Assembly (NCBI GenBank): GCA_000002445.1
Contig: CH464491.1
Span: 5,024,001-5,088,000 of the forward strand
Direction: 5' to 3'
Source: Trypanosoma brucei
Lineage: Eukaryota
DNA: 64,000 nt
This document shows, piece by piece, positions 46,012 to 59,116 of the stretch; position 1 is the stretch's first letter, and every line of letters begins with the position of its first letter. A model generated the notes under the pieces. The model was not told the origin of the DNA. It made no database searches and was given only the letters and a program-made list of their open reading frames with translations. Made by a program: the position numbers and the translations under genes.

Positions 46012-47715
46012 CTGCTTCGTTTTTGTTTAGGGTCTGCTTGCCTTTACTTTTTGACTCACCGCACGGAATGTACTAGATGTATCTGAGTCCTGAGAGTAAT
46101 GAATTACACCAGTTAAAACGTAAATTATTGACAAATTCAAATAATACTATATAGAAATTCTTCCTGCAGCTTTGCAACTCGTTCCGTGTGATTTACTCGG
46201 GATTTTATACAGCACACCTGAAATTTAAAGTGTTGTAGCTGACTTTGTCAGAGTTGATGACGGATACATAGTCTAGAGCCAACCGTCAACTCTTTCTCCC
46301 TCTGCCAAAAGGTTTCTACCTTCACCCACTCGTCTTGTATTTACTGCGGTTGAATTACATGCACATACACATGTATGTCTGTTTTCTTGTACCAACATTT
46401 GGGCCAAAATACTTCATTTTGATTTTCTACTCTTTTTTGCTTTCCTGACCCTTCTGGAAAGCAATTCAGCCCCATCACCTTCCATCGATGGAACAGAGCT
46501 TGCACAAATCGCGCTGTGCACTCAGACATAGGTATGTAAAGTTTCGTTGTTTTTCTGCCAGATGCGGTGCCAATCGTTAGGTTTGCAGCGCTCTTGAGCT
46601 ATTGCAGCCTACTGCTTCGCTGGTGAATCGGCCTCGAACATTAATGTTTGCTTGTCTGTTCGCTTGGCTATGTATGGCTCATTTAGTGAGCCTCGCCCGG
46701 ATTCAGCGCTTATAACTTCTCTTATAAGGCCGAGTGGTTTTACAATGCAATCCAAACGCTTCTGTCAGCTCCATTTTCTTCTTTCATTACTGTCTTTCAT
46801 TACAGTTGACTATACGGAAATTCGTGGAGGTGATTAAGTGTTGCAGGAAATGGATGATCGTTACAAGTTTCTGACTGCTAGGCTAGATTCGCTTTCATTA
46901 TTCTAAGTCACTTCAACTTTACTATACTATATCTGCTATTTAAGCACCATTTTCACGCCTTCACAAGTGTGATCCCATAAAACAGCGAAAACATTCGCTA
47001 TATCTAACAACATCGCCGATTCCTCTGCATGTAAGTGTCACTAAGGGTTAATGTTTATACACTCCTTTGTGATGCTACAACGAACCCTTTTTTGCTTTCT
47101 CATTTGCCATTTGGATACACTATTTCTTTGTTTAATGTTATCCTTCCTAACTTTGGTGCTAACCTTCGATGGCGTCGCATGTTTTGTTCCAATCATCAAG
47201 TGCTTATCTTTCCTTTTTTGGTGGAACCCTTTATTCACATAAAATGCGCAGTTTCAAATCAATTTTATCTCCTTTTGTAGCTTGGTTTTTCTTTTAAGAT
47301 TTACGTTTATTTATGATAGGACGCTGAAAAGAAATAATGCTTTTTTTGACGGTTCTTGATAACATATGGACAATGATGGCCTTGGGTGCCTTAGACTTAA
47401 ACTTTCTCTTTGTTTTAGTGTCAGTGTTAGCTACCTTATTTGCTTTGTGCACTTCTCACTTTCTCTACATTACTATCCCCTCTACAATCTCCTTTTGTAA
47501 AATGATGCCCATAGTCAATTTTATGATTTAAACTGCGCATATTACATCTTAGCACTCTTCTCCTTTCTTTCTTCCCTCCTTTTTACCTTCCCATTAGTAA
47601 TATTTCTCTTTTTCTCACACACTTTACTCACTTACTCACACTTCACCATTGTCATTGTTTTAAATGCTTCTATTTTTGTCATTCATTCAACCGCTACCAC
47701 CATTTTATCATGATG

Positions 47716-47760
47716 TTGGTATGCACTTACCGCGATCATTATTATTATTATCATCATAAC
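47716..47760 (-). repeat. Degenerate 70-bp repeat remnant (TAA-rich only)
   Basis: ACTTACCGCGATCATTATTATTATTATCATCATAACCC. It is preceded by the conserved flank AAATGCTTCTATTTTTGTC seen next to other 70-bp repeats. Confidence 0.5.
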
Positions 47761-48039
47761 CCTAAAATTAAAAATAGAAAAATAAAATGAGCTAAGTATA
47801 CAAAAAGTAGAAATTTAATACCTTAAAACCTTATTACTTTACAGTTATACACTGCATTCATGCCAAAGTTTATACTTTTTTATTTTCAAAATTTGTACAT
47901 TTCGAAAAGTTTTACAAAAGTGTTAATGTATCTCAAATTCTGGAAAACTCTTCCAAAACAGCAAAATCTCACAAATTTTATAAAATTTAATAAAAAGCTT
48001 CTACCAATAATTCTTAAAAGTGTTATGCTATAAGCAAAA

Positions 48040-49491
48040 GAGGCTCCTTAATTACAAAAGAATTACTCGCTGTTGTAGACGAATTCTCTTTTGGAAAGCA
48101 TCTTTCTACCTCCGTTTTTTCTCATCAAAATCGCAACCTTTTTCATCTTTGCAGGGTTTCTCTGTACTATGCTTTTTTCATTCGTCTGCTGATTTGGGTG
48201 ACTATGGTGCCTTGTTTGTTTTGGAGGGACATGAGGAACTGGCTTGGTTTTTCTTTTTTTTTTTCCTCCTCCTCAATATACCTTCTTACTGTATAATATG
48301 CTTCTGCTGCTGCTAGGTCATCCACTGATGTTTATCTGTTGAAGCTGTGTGTCACCGCTAACTCCTGTAGCTGCTTTGGTTGGTTTGAATTCCCGCGTCG
48401 GCTTTGCCATTTTTGCCTCGACTTTTCTTGATATACTCCATACTCTTGTGTTGGTAGCTTGTATGCTTCTTCTTTGCCCTTGCCTGTGGTGTGCGTCGCT
48501 TTTTCTTCTCTTAAAGCCATTGTAATAGCTACCGTAGGCGACCCTGTTGTAAGTAGCTCTTTTAACTTCGGTCCTTGTCGTGTATAAGTTAGATCGCTCA
48601 TTGCTATTTCCATTGCCTTCACTTCCTTGTTTAGTTTTGTTAGTTTTATTTTCGTGGGAAGCTCGATGTGTCATATTCGCTGGTACTGCCTACATCTCTT
48701 TTCAATGTGCTGACTTTTCGCGTTAACAGCCCACCGCCTCTGAAGCTTATGCTTGTGCTGCCTTCTTCATTTCGGCAGCTTGCTGTCAGGAAGGCTGCTG
48801 CTCGGTCCGTCTCGCAGATCGTTAGATCGTCGGTTAGCTTGGTGCCTGCTGGTTTTACCTTTATAGTGTTGATCGGTAGTCGGCTTGGTTTGGCCGCTGC
48901 TGCACTTAATTCCTTCTGCGACTTTCTAGTGCCTTCTCCGGTTGGGCACTCGCCTTTTGTCGGTGCTGACAGTTCCACTGTGAGGTGCCTACTTGTTGAA
49001 CCGAGAAAAGTGTTCGCTATCGCACCGTCTTTGTTCGGCAGTTTTAGCTTTTAAAGTTCTGCCAATAGGCCGTGTGTTCCAGTTAGTTCTTCGACTTCGC
49101 TGATCCCTGTGACTATTGCATCGTAGTTTGCTTTAGCTTTATTGAGAGCTTCTGTTGCTGCTGCCGTCAGTTTGATCGCCAACAACGTTGCCCCTACCTG
49201 CGAGTTTGTTGCTTGTGCGGCTATTGCCACTCGCAGCCGAGCCGCTTCAAGCAAGTCTGCTTGGGCCTTGTCTATCTGGTTTTTAAGTTTTAGTTCAGCA
49301 TTTTTAGCTAGGGCATTAAGATAATCCGCTGCCGCGCAGGGATCCTCCTCCTTGTGCATGGCGTCTTGGATGGTCGACGTAGCTTGGGAAAAAACAGTTG
49401 CCGCTAGCGCAGCTGCGAAAATGGTCGCCTGCATCATTGTCTGTGTCTTTGGAAATTCTTTGGCCCTGTCTGAAGACTGACGTGTTGCCAC
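48040..49491 (-). pseudogene. VSG: VSG pseudogene (multiple frameshifts)
   Basis: N-terminal ORF 49051-49491 (MATRQSSDRAKEFPKTQTMMQATIFAAALAATVFS...). The 3' end at 48040-48250 is nucleotide-similar to the CTD and GPI region of the intact VSG at 55200-55400 (TTCATCTTTGCAGGGTTTC... versus TTCACCTTTGCAGGCTTGC...). The 16-mer-like GTGTTAATGTATCTCA is at 47920-47935. Confidence 0.75.
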
Positions 49492-51137
49492 CGTATTCGG
49501 GTTTTCAAGGTTTTTGGTTGACTAGTGGAGTCCTTTGCAGTAAGTTTGAGGGCGTGTCTATGTGGCTTCGGTTTATACAGTGTGTCTTATCAAGAAAAAG
49601 GGATGGTTCTGTTGACTTTTACAGAGCTCCTGTGTATTAGTTCCGAAGTGGTTGCTATACAGCCAGAAATTCCCTCGAAGTTTACATTGTCTGCGCTTTA
49701 TGTCTGCTTCAAAAATACCGATCACTTGTAGATGATAGTATGATTTTCTTGTATTGTGGCCACTATTAGCTTCTCCGTGGCGTTGGTGAAAACGGTTGTG
49801 CGCCCCGTGCCCACTGCAACTACTTCTACTTCGTTCTTTGGAGAAACTTTCGTTTTTCTTTAAAAATAGTTTCAAATCTATTGCTGATACTGCATCTCCA
49901 TCCACTACTCCTATGCCATTAATCACTGTTTAAATCGGGCACGGCTCTGGTGTGATCGGTATAACCGAGAACTCCGTTATGCACTTGCCCGCGGCGGCAC
50001 TGACGCCGCAGTTGGCTATTATTGTCATGTGTTTGCCTAAACCTTCACATCGTTGATTTTTGCGGCTAGTAAAACTAAGAGGTGTCCTTTACTGGTTGCC
50101 ATAGGCGTTAATTCCGCCCCAGGGTTTGTGTGTTGCTGGTAAGATAAGATTAGAATTTATTCATGCGCTGGATTGCCACTGTTAGGAAAAGCTGATGTTA
50201 TCGGCGGTAGTTGCTCGCTTTGGCTTAGAATGCCGGTAGCTAATGATGACCCGCATCGACATAAAGGGTTCGCACAACCTTATGGACCTGGTACCTGTTG
50301 AGGTGTATTTTTTGAGTACTTTGTCAATTAATTTGGTTTTGTAGCATGTCTTGGTTATAGTTGACTTTTCAGTGCATTCCGTGCTTCTTTCAGCGACAGC
50401 TATTGTTAAGACGGATACTACTGTCGTTGCGCTTAGGTTTTCGAGAGTTTTGGAATCTGAAATAGTTTTACATATTGTGCGCGTCCTATGGCACTTGAAC
50501 AATTCTTTTTGGGTTGTAGGAGCTGTGCTTAGTTTTAATTCATCACGGTTTCCAAGCGGCGCCATAGAAGCTTAATTGTTTTTTATTGCTTCTGACGGCA
50601 CTCTCCATGTGCGATGAGTTTACTCCTTAGGCGATATCCACGGTAAAAGATTTAAAAGTTTTTGAGGCCATAGAGGCGGTCTTTGCCTGCTTTTTTATTG
50701 GGGGCCCATTGCTTCGGTTGTCTATTGGATAGCTTCTTACGGGCTTGATTCCTCTTCTTGATGTTCTATCGCTGCTGCTGTGAATTCGCTTATAGGTATT
50801 AAGTTTCGTCTGGCTAAACTCATATAGTTGGGACTTCTGCAGTTTAGTCATTGTTTTATTCTCGGCATTGGTTGTCACGGCCGAGTATTGTTTAGGGAGG
50901 GTTTTGGTACCGTACAATTGTTATTTTTTACTTTTTTCAGTGATATGTGGCGATTACGAAGTGAGAGTGCTGCAGAAACGCATCTGAATAATAGCTGTGA
51001 ACAAATACAGTCACTTAAGCCGTGGATATCAATTTCTTAATTACAAACCATGTTATACCATATTTATATCTAAAAAGTTAAACCTTATGTTCACTAATAC
51101 CTTCTAAAGTCATCTAATTTAGATGTTTTCGCTTTAT

Positions 51138-51362
51138 TCAAAATAACAAAGCAACATATGGCCTGTTCACGAGCACGACTTGGCTTTCACTTATGCTTGT
51201 GATCACATTGGTTTTTTCTATGTTGAATTTAAGTTTTAGTAACTTGTGTATGTGAAGTTCCTTCTTCACTTTTTTTTCAAGTCGGTCCATTGGTTTCTCA
51301 TCAGCGACAACTTTTATGTGTATTTTTTCTATTGAAATTGTGTCAGCGGCTGTCTGTAACAC
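51138..51362 (-). pseudogene. Possible orphan VSG GPI-signal fragment
   Basis: 74-aa ORF ending ...NVITSISESQVVLVNRPYVALLF, the characteristic VSG C-terminal ...ALLF tail. No recognisable CTD, 16-mer or 70-bp repeat is adjacent. It lies inside an unusually long (about 2.6 kb) inter-VSG spacer. Confidence 0.3.
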
Positions 51363-52092
51363 TGACAGTGCAGTGTGAGGCCTTACTTATAAATTCTCTA
51401 TACTTTATAAAGATCATAATGAACTTTCTGCGTTCTTATTCTTTTTTTGTTGAACACAGAAATCTATCGATACTCCTCAGTAAAAAAGTTTCCTCCAATA
51501 ATATTATATTTTTTCTTACGAATGTTGTTTGTATTACTATGTCTGATAAAAAGAAACTATTGAGGCCCCCTTACTCTTACACAATTACTTATTTCTGGTC
51601 CTACTTCTTCACAGATGGACATTAGGATCCGCAATTAGATTAAAAACACAGTCTCCACTATCTCTGTAGTTCTATTTATTCATTTCCGAGCGAAATATGG
51701 TACACAATATTCTCATCACGAGGTATTATTTTCATCATATCTGTGCTTTTCTGTAGCTCAACCCGTTGTTTCAATCTGTTTTTTATTTCCCCCTATTTAT
51801 TCTTCGTTATCTATTTTTTGCGGATAATGTAGAGACAGTATTAAACGTAAAAACTAAATTACGTCACTTCTTCATATAACTCTCTATCATCTACTCATCT
51901 ATTATGCTTCCAATCCTCTTTTTTTTGCACCAGAAACTGAAAATATTCTATCTTCTCCATTTTTATCTGCGTTTCCCTTTAATAATATTTCTCAAGCTAC
52001 CTAACTCCATCACTTACTTCCATTTTATTCTTGTCATTTTGAAGTGCTTCTATTCTACCTAAAAATTTAGTCTTTGACACAACACCACTAAC

Positions 52093-52135
52093 TATAGTAG
52101 TATATACACACATGCACAACACTATCCTACCGTTG
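52093..52135 (-). repeat. 70-bp repeat (single degenerate unit)
   Basis: CTATAGTAGTATATACACACATGCACAACACTATCCTACCGTT. Confidence 0.6.
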
Positions 52136-52439
52136 TTGCCATGATTCGTTGCGATTATTAACATTATAACCCAACTAGTATCCAAAAAAAACAAATGAAC
52201 CAAATTAGAATAGCACTCATTTGCGATATCTTGTCACCCTATGACTTTACGAACATAGGCCACTTTAATATCAAATTATGCAGTCGTAAAAAGTTATCAA
52301 AAGTCGTACAAAAGTGTTATAATATATCAAAATATAGCAGTATTTAGAAAATTATCACAAAAAAGCACCATGAATTTCATAAAGTTGAGCAAGAATCCTT
52401 AAAAAATTACAATAAAAAAACGCTAAAATGCTAACAAAC

Positions 52440-53925
52440 TCACAAATATAGCAGTAATCAAAGCCAATTTCTTATTGACAAGAAAACTTGAATCTTTGCA
52501 CTTTTTTCCATCTCATTTGCAATCAGTAGCTTTCTCGCATTCTTTTTGTTCTTTGCCTGTACAAGTTGAGGTAGTTTTCTCATCTCTATCATCTTTTTTG
52601 TCTGTTTTTGTTTCAGGTTCTGGAAAGCGTTTTTCACAATCTGGTTTGTCTTTATCAAATTTACATCCCGCTTTTTTGCAGGGTCCTTTGTCTTTGTGTT
52701 CCTTGCATTGATCGTCACTTTTTGTTTCACTGTTGGAGTCAGCGCTTTTCGTTGAGTCTTTTTCTTGTTCTAACTTTTGGATAGTATTTTTGGCTGCTGC
52801 ATCGTAGATAGCTATCGTTTTTTGTAATTCTTCTGCGTTGTCTATGTCTCCAATTGTCGTATTTTTTCCGAGGGTCTGTTTGCTATCCACTACGGGTTCC
52901 TTCTTAATCTTTTCCTACAGGTTGTCTAAGTTTTTGTCTGATGCTTTTAAAGTAGTGCTAACTGTTTGCTCTGCTTTTTCCTCGTGGGCGCCTGGTTTGT
53001 TTTTCTTTTCTGTTGCTGCTAGGAGTTGTTTAATTGCCGTTTTAGCTTCGCCGCTGTTTACTGCTTGTTTGAGGATGCTTACCTCGTCCGCTTGGGCAGA
53101 TTGTTTATGGCCAGATTTCATTGCTTTGACGTCTAAGAACGCTGTTTTTGTTAGTGTGTCCGCTTGGCGGTTGTGCGAGGCTGTATCGATAGCTGTAAAG
53201 CCGTTTCTGTGTACCTCATCTGCTGTTGAAAAGTCGAAGATGCCGTCTAGTAGCTTTTTTCTGGATGTAGCGGCTGTCTATGCACTGTGATCGTTTCCGC
53301 TGTGTGTGAACACGCAAAGGTTTCCTGTTGATTCTACGCCGTTGTCGCCTACAATGTTTTTTAGCTTAGCGTAGCCTTTAGGGATAACTAGGCCGTCGCC
53401 TATCGCAGGTGCTGATGCGGTGATCTGTTGGGGTTTACCACTGCAACCGTGTGCTTGCGCTTGGCTCGCTGCGTCGCCATAGTCATTGCTGTTCCCCAAG
53501 CAATACTTGCTGTTTTTAGATGCTTTACCGAAGATTGTTATCGTTGCGTCGATTTGCCCAACAAGCTCTTGTGTTGACGTCAGAGCTTGAACTGCTGTCG
53601 TGTAGTAACCTTCGCGGTTGCTACGCGTGTTTGCTGCAATTTTAATATGGCAGCCGCTAGTTCTGACATTTTTAAACTATCTGCTGTACTGGCTGTCTTT
53701 TCGGCGTAAAGCATTGCTTTTAATCCAGTTGTTATCATCTTATCTTCCTCTTCCTGACTGCGTGTCAGAGCTGTTAGCGCCATGCTCGGCAGTTATCTCA
53801 GTTCTGCTTCTGTTTCACATACCGGTTTCCATGTTTCCTCCTTCATGGCATTATGTGTTGGTGTTGAACCCCTGCTTAGAAACAGTGTCGTTGCTGCTAG
53901 AATCGCAGCTAGAAGAAACATTTTA
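52440..53925 (-). pseudogene. VSG: VSG pseudogene (at least 5 frames)
   Basis: CTD ORF 52513-52890 (...CKEHKDKGPCKKAGCKFDKDKPDCEKRFPEPETK...). The N-terminus at about 53925 is MFLLAAILAATTLFLSRGSTP, readable on the minus strand. A GPI-tail-like ...KSAKIQVFLSIRNWL lies in another frame. The 16-mer GTGTTATAATATATCA is at 52315-52330. Confidence 0.75.
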
Positions 53926-54879
53926 AGGTGCTAGTCTTGTTGGCTGTCCTCCTGGAGTGCAAAATAAGAGAAAAAACATCTTTCCGTATCGAGAGTTCAT
54001 TTGGTTGTCTATGGTTTGCTTCTGACGGTTCGCAGCCATTACCTGCGTTTGTGCACTGCCTACCCAAGTCATTTGGCATCTACCAAAATTGAAGTTGGAT
54101 TGCTTTGTTTTCTTTGGACTAAAGCAGTGGTTAGCTTGTGCTCTGTGCAGCAAATTAGATCTTAGGTGCCGGTTCCCGGAGAAGAAAGAAACTTTGATAC
54201 TTTACTTGATTATTACCGTTGTGGCCGGCGACCTTTGTTTGGATGGGCTGTGTTACGATTACAGCCATTTCTTCATACTGGTTTTCACCCACTGTTTAAG
54301 GAGCTTCACTGTGATCGTTACCACGGCCTCCGGTATTGTCCAAATTTCAAGACTTCTCCCCTGTAGCCACTGCTTCACAGATCATATAAGGGTTTAAAAA
54401 GCCTTTATTTGGCCTTACCAACAGCTTCAGCGTCTGTACTTTCTGCTGCACGCTAGGTTCCGCCATCAAATTAAATAAAAAGTGGTGCCTATCATTAAAA
54501 TACCATCTATCCAGTTTTTAGTGAAATGTAGAAAATCATTTGCACTTCTTGATACATTGCACCCCACCCTCCACACTGTGGTGTCTCTTATTCTTCCATT
54601 CTATTCTGCATTTTCTCCTCTCTTTTCCTCCTTTTCTTCTTCTATAGCTACTTATGCTGCAGTGGATAATGAAGAAAAATTATTTAGCTTGTAGTATAGA
54701 CTCTTTCTCTCCTTCACTGTTCCATCAAGCGTCTCTTTATGTATGATCATGTCCATAGCAATGCATGACTTTGAAACTGCGTATCTTCTGTGTCATTATT
54801 TCTTTGTTTCTCTTTGAGGTTTATAATTTGAAAATATTTCTTTTACACACATTTTCTCAATCACTATACCACTATTTTC

Positions 54880-54960
54880 GTCACTATTAAAAATATTATT
54901 ACTATTACTATCTTACTATTGATATTATCATCATTATCATTACTATCACTATTATAACCG
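54880..54960 (-). repeat. Degenerate TAA-rich 70-bp repeat remnant
   Basis: ATTATTACTATTACTATCTTACTATTGATATTATCATCATTATCATTACTATCACTATTATAACC. No GTATATACACAC core. Confidence 0.45.
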
Positions 54961-55189
54961 TAACTAATATCCATAAATAAACAAATAATGATAAATTAGA
55001 AAATTACCCATCTTTCATACCCTATTACCACAATACTTTATACAGAAATTTAATATTTTATGGGGGTTTAAAACTTGCAAAGGCTTTATTAAAAGAGTGA
55101 AAATTTATCTAATTTAAAAGTTCAGCTAATTCTGGCAAAAATGCAGATTTTTATATGTTTTATAACTTTGAGCAACAATCCTAAATTTT

Positions 55190-56644
55190 TTATGCTAGAA
55201 GCAAAACTGCAAGCAAAGGAAGAGCGTTGATTACAATAGATCTTCTCCCTGTTGAGGTTGTAGACACTTTTTTATTTGGAAAGCATTTCGGGTCTTTTTT
55301 CTCATCAAAATCGCAACCTTTTTCACCTTTGCAGGCTTGCTCCGTTGTATGCTTTTTGCATTCGTCTGCTGATTTTTTCGGTTCTTCTAGTTTGCCTGTT
55401 TTGGTTGGGCAAGAGGGGTTTTCTTGGTTTTTCTTTTTTTGCTCTTCCTCGTCGATAAAATTTTTGATAGTGTAATACGTCGCTGCTTTTGACAGCTCCT
55501 CAGGGGCGTTTATTGAATCAAGTTTTTTAGCGCCGTCTGAGCCTGCTGCTTTACTTGGCTGAAAGGTGTTCAGTAATTGGGTTATTTGTGTTTTGATTGA
55601 GTTTCTTTCTTTGCCGAAAAGTTCTTCGGTTGTGTGTTTAACTTTTTCCTTTAAATTTGGTTGCTCGGCTGTCGCTTCGTGGCCTCCCAAAGCTTTGGCT
55701 ATTGCGTGCCCTGCGGAAGCGGCATCAAAGGCGCTTTCAATGGTAGCAGGTGGTGTTATCGTGCCGAGTTGTGTTGCAGCGTGAACCATTTCAAGTACCA
55801 GCGCAAGTTCTGCTTTTATTGTCGCTTTATTGGGCGTCGTCGCATCGTCGCCGATTTCGTTGTAGGCAAGCGGGGCCGAGTCGCCTGTTGTGTGGGCAAC
55901 TGCTACCGTTGCCGTGAATACTTGCCCTCCTTTGAATCCTATGTTAGTTGCCTGGGTTGAAGTGCAGCTTGCCGTGTTTGGTGCGCCGCTGCTGACCGAG
56001 TTGCTGCCGCATATTGTTAGGTAGGTGCCGAGCGCGCTTCCTGGTGGTGTTGGTGTCACTGTCACTATCGTTATGGCGTTTTTGTGGTCTGCATTATGAT
56101 CGTCGGTGCTCGAGTCCTTTTCCCTGCTGTCGTCCTGTCCGACACAATGAGCTTTAAGAGCCGCGTCCAGCTTGGGCTTGAGTTGGCCTTTTGTCGCTGT
56201 CGCCGTGCTTGTCGTGGCTGTGGCCATATTTAGATCTTGTAGGTGCAGCTGTGAGAGTCTGCTGATTGCTTCCTGGCTCCCTGCGAGCCGGCTCAGCGCT
56301 TCGATGCCTTTTAATAACGCTGGGGTATTTGCGGCTAGCTTATCGTTTGCTTCTGCGGCTTTTTGAATATAAATTGAGCGCAGATAAGCTGCTGCCCAGC
56401 CCGCGTTTGTGTTAACACCGTTGGCGATGACGTCAGGCTTAGAAGCTGTAGTCAGCATCGTCTTGACAGCTTCTTGTGTGGATGTGATTTTGGTCCTTGC
56501 GGAGTCCGCCATCTGCCGCAGCTGCGTTGCTACGTCGCATGCGCTTTTAGCCTTTTTTGTTGGTGTTTTTACAGCTGAAGTTGTTACAACTGGTAGGCAA
56601 AGGGCTATGCTTACGAAAGTCAATGCCTTGAAGTTTGCCAACAT
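55190..56644 (-). CDS. VSG: Variant surface glycoprotein, intact 484-aa ORF
   Basis: N-terminal signal MLANFKALTFVSIALCLPVVTTSA. CTD ...SADECKKHTTEQACKGEKGCDFDEKKDPKCFPNKKVSTTSTGRRSIVINALPLLAVLLLA. It is a paralog of the frameshifted gene at 34571-36086. Confidence 0.85.
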   Translation of the reverse strand: MLANFKALTFVSIALCLPVVTTSAVKTPTKKAKSACDVATQLRQMADSARTKITSTQEAVKTMLTTASKPDVIANGVNTNAGWAAAYLRSIYIQKAAEANDKLAANTPALLKGIEALSRLAGSQEAISRLSQLHLQDLNMATATTSTATATKGQLKPKLDAALKAHCVGQDDSREKDSSTDDHNADHKNAITIVTVTPTPPGSALGTYLTICGSNSVSSGAPNTASCTSTQATNIGFKGGQVFTATVAVAHTTGDSAPLAYNEIGDDATTPNKATIKAELALVLEMVHAATQLGTITPPATIESAFDAASAGHAIAKALGGHEATAEQPNLKEKVKHTTEELFGKERNSIKTQITQLLNTFQPSKAAGSDGAKKLDSINAPEELSKAATYYTIKNFIDEEEQKKKNQENPSCPTKTGKLEEPKKSADECKKHTTEQACKGEKGCDFDEKKDPKCFPNKKVSTTSTGRRSIVINALPLLAVLLLA

Positions 56645-58017
56645 CTTGTCGTCTTGTAGAAGCTTGTGGATTAGAAGTTGGTCAAATGTAAACTTGGGAG
56701 CTTACAGCTTTTGTTTAAAAGAAAGTAGTGACTTTCACACATAATATCCTTCAACAAGTTTTTGTTATATATTGTTAAATTATAAAAAAGCTCGATTTCA
56801 CCATAAAACTCCATAGTAATTATGACAAAAGTTCACCTGCTTTTACGAATAGATTGCATTTTTTAATTATAATTTATGTTGTTTTATAACTATAGCTACA
56901 GCATATATTCTTTATTTGTGAAATTGGTACATAGTGTCCTGAAAATAGGAAACCTATTTATCTCCATGAGGACTCAAAGACAATGTTTTTCTATTTATTT
57001 TATCTAGCGCTATTTTTTTTATATGCCGACGTAATAACATGGCAAGGCCGTCTCTTGTCACGAACGCGAATATTATTTTTGTTTAGGGTTAGCTTTTGTT
57101 TTCCTTAATGTCTTCTTCTCTGAAGACTTGGTAATTTCGACCGCTGAGGGCGGATTTTTTCGCAGTATTTAATTTTTAATTGGCGCCGTTAGATGTGTAT
57201 AAGTGACTTATTTTACATGGATTAGTCGCCCCATCAAGAATATTAACGTCTGCACATTATACCATAATGCAATTTAAGGAGTACTATTGTTTATTCTCTC
57301 AGCTTCATAAAAATCCTCCAGTGGCTCATATACGCACTTTTTAAAGACGTTTTCGCGTCTAATTCTTCATATTTTGTCACTTTAATCAATTAGTAGTCCT
57401 ATTTTTAAAAATATTCTCCCAATAATATTATATTAGTGGGCATATATATGAATTAACGCCTATTAATGTATCTAATAAAAGGGAAACTTTGGCAGTACAT
57501 TACACTTACTCATTCCTTCCGTCCTCTTTATTCTTCACATCTAATATTAAGATCCTCTATCATATAACAAAAAACAGTCATCAATTTCTCTTCAATAACA
57601 TCTATACATTTTTGAGTATTATACGGAGAACAGACTTCTACATTATAATTTCATTCTGTGCTTCTCTGTACCGTGCGTCTATTTGCTTCACTCTATATTT
57701 ACTTTTCTTCTTCTCCGACAGCTGCTTCAATCCATACGGATTACATACCGACTCCCTTGCGCATGTGTACTTTACTTCGGATCACCCCTACTGTTCCTTC
57801 ATCACATTCTAGTTTACAAAGATTACCAGCTTTATATCAGTGGACAAAACTATGCACATTTTATCACCACCCAATTATTTCTCTTTTGGAGTTGTCCTTT
57901 AATAATATTACTCGAGCTCTCGCCCTCCAACTTCTTTACTCACTTAATACAACTGCACACACTTCAATATCTTACGTGCTACTATTTTTCGTTGCCTATC
58001 TTGGCTTCAGAAGAACT

Positions 58018-58082
58018 CTTAACATAATATTTGTATATACACACTCTCACAAAACTCTTCTATTATTATTACTATTATCATC
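58018..58082 (-). repeat. 70-bp repeat
   Basis: CTTAACATAATATTTGTATATACACACTCTCACAAAACTCTTCTATTATTATTACTATTATCA. Confidence 0.85.
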
Positions 58083-58439
58083 TTTAATATGTATTACAGC
58101 AAAAAATGAATTAAAAGAGTAAATAAGTGTAACCCTAATTTTTTATACACTATGATAATAGTATCGTGAAGGTGTTGGACACAGTAAAACACTTTCATAC
58201 ATTACATATTTTTTAAAAATTTCATTCTTTCAATATTTAAGAAATTTTGCAAAGTTTCATCAAAAACGTGTTGCAATATATCCAATGTTAGCAAATTTAG
58301 TAAATTCTCAAAAAATGTCCAAGTTTCATAAGGTTTATTCGTTTTATAAAATAAAACAAATATCCTTATAATAATAAAATGCTATAAAATGTACAAAAGC
58401 AGCAGCCATACTTAGAGCCGATTTCTTATTGACGAGAAA

Positions 58440-58700
58440 CTGGAAGAGTGGAATTTGAAACTTTTATCACCTCAACTTGCATCATCTCCTTTCCAGCCAC
58501 AAAATTTGTTTTTTCCTACTGGTTTGGGACTGTATGCCGCCTCACATTCCGTATGTGCATTAGGATCAGCACATGTCTTTCCATTCTTATTTTTCCCATC
58601 ATTCCCTCCTTCTTAGTTTGCTTCTTTTTCTACTTTCTTCTTGATTTCCTCACTCAACGTGCACTTTTTGCAGTCGTCGATTTTCGGTTTGAAAACGGAC
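58440..58700 (-). pseudogene. VSG: VSG C-terminal-domain fragment (module copy 3)
   Basis: It shares CCTCACTCAACGTGCACTTTTTGCAG and the following GTTGAGCGGCTT flank with copies at 2200 and 33950. The 16-mer-like GTGTTGCAATATATCCA is at 58268-58284. Confidence 0.5.
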
Positions 58701-59002
58701 CTCTAGCAGTTGAGCGGCTTCAGCTGTTGGGTTCCAGCGACAGATTGTGTAGCCGCTCTTTGATTTCTAATTTTGATAATTGGCCATCCCCCAAATGTTA
58801 GTATTTTTTCCTTATTTCCCCTTTAAAAACAAATCGTTTCGCGCGGCGAAACTGCCACCCGCCAGCGTATACCGAAAGATTTAGGCCGCTCGCAGCCCAA
58901 AACTCAGAATTTAAATTCATAAAAGCTCAAAAAGTTAAATCGAAACAAGCTGCTAGTGATGTAGATTCGGCTAATTTAAACAAGGATGTTTGCTGCGTGA
59001 AT

Positions 59003-59016
59003 AAGGGTTAGGGTTG
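59003..59016 (+). repeat. Telomere-like G-strand remnant (AAGGGTTAGGGTTG)
   Basis: Direct read. It lies about 100 bp from the C-strand array at 59117-59181, in the opposite orientation. Confidence 0.55.
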
Positions 59017-59116
59017 TCATAAAAAAAAAGATCCGCTTCATCATTAAAATTTAAAAAAACTAAAGTCACAACGCTTCACTGCTAGTAAAAAAACTTACTA
59101 GTAAGAGGAGAAATAA

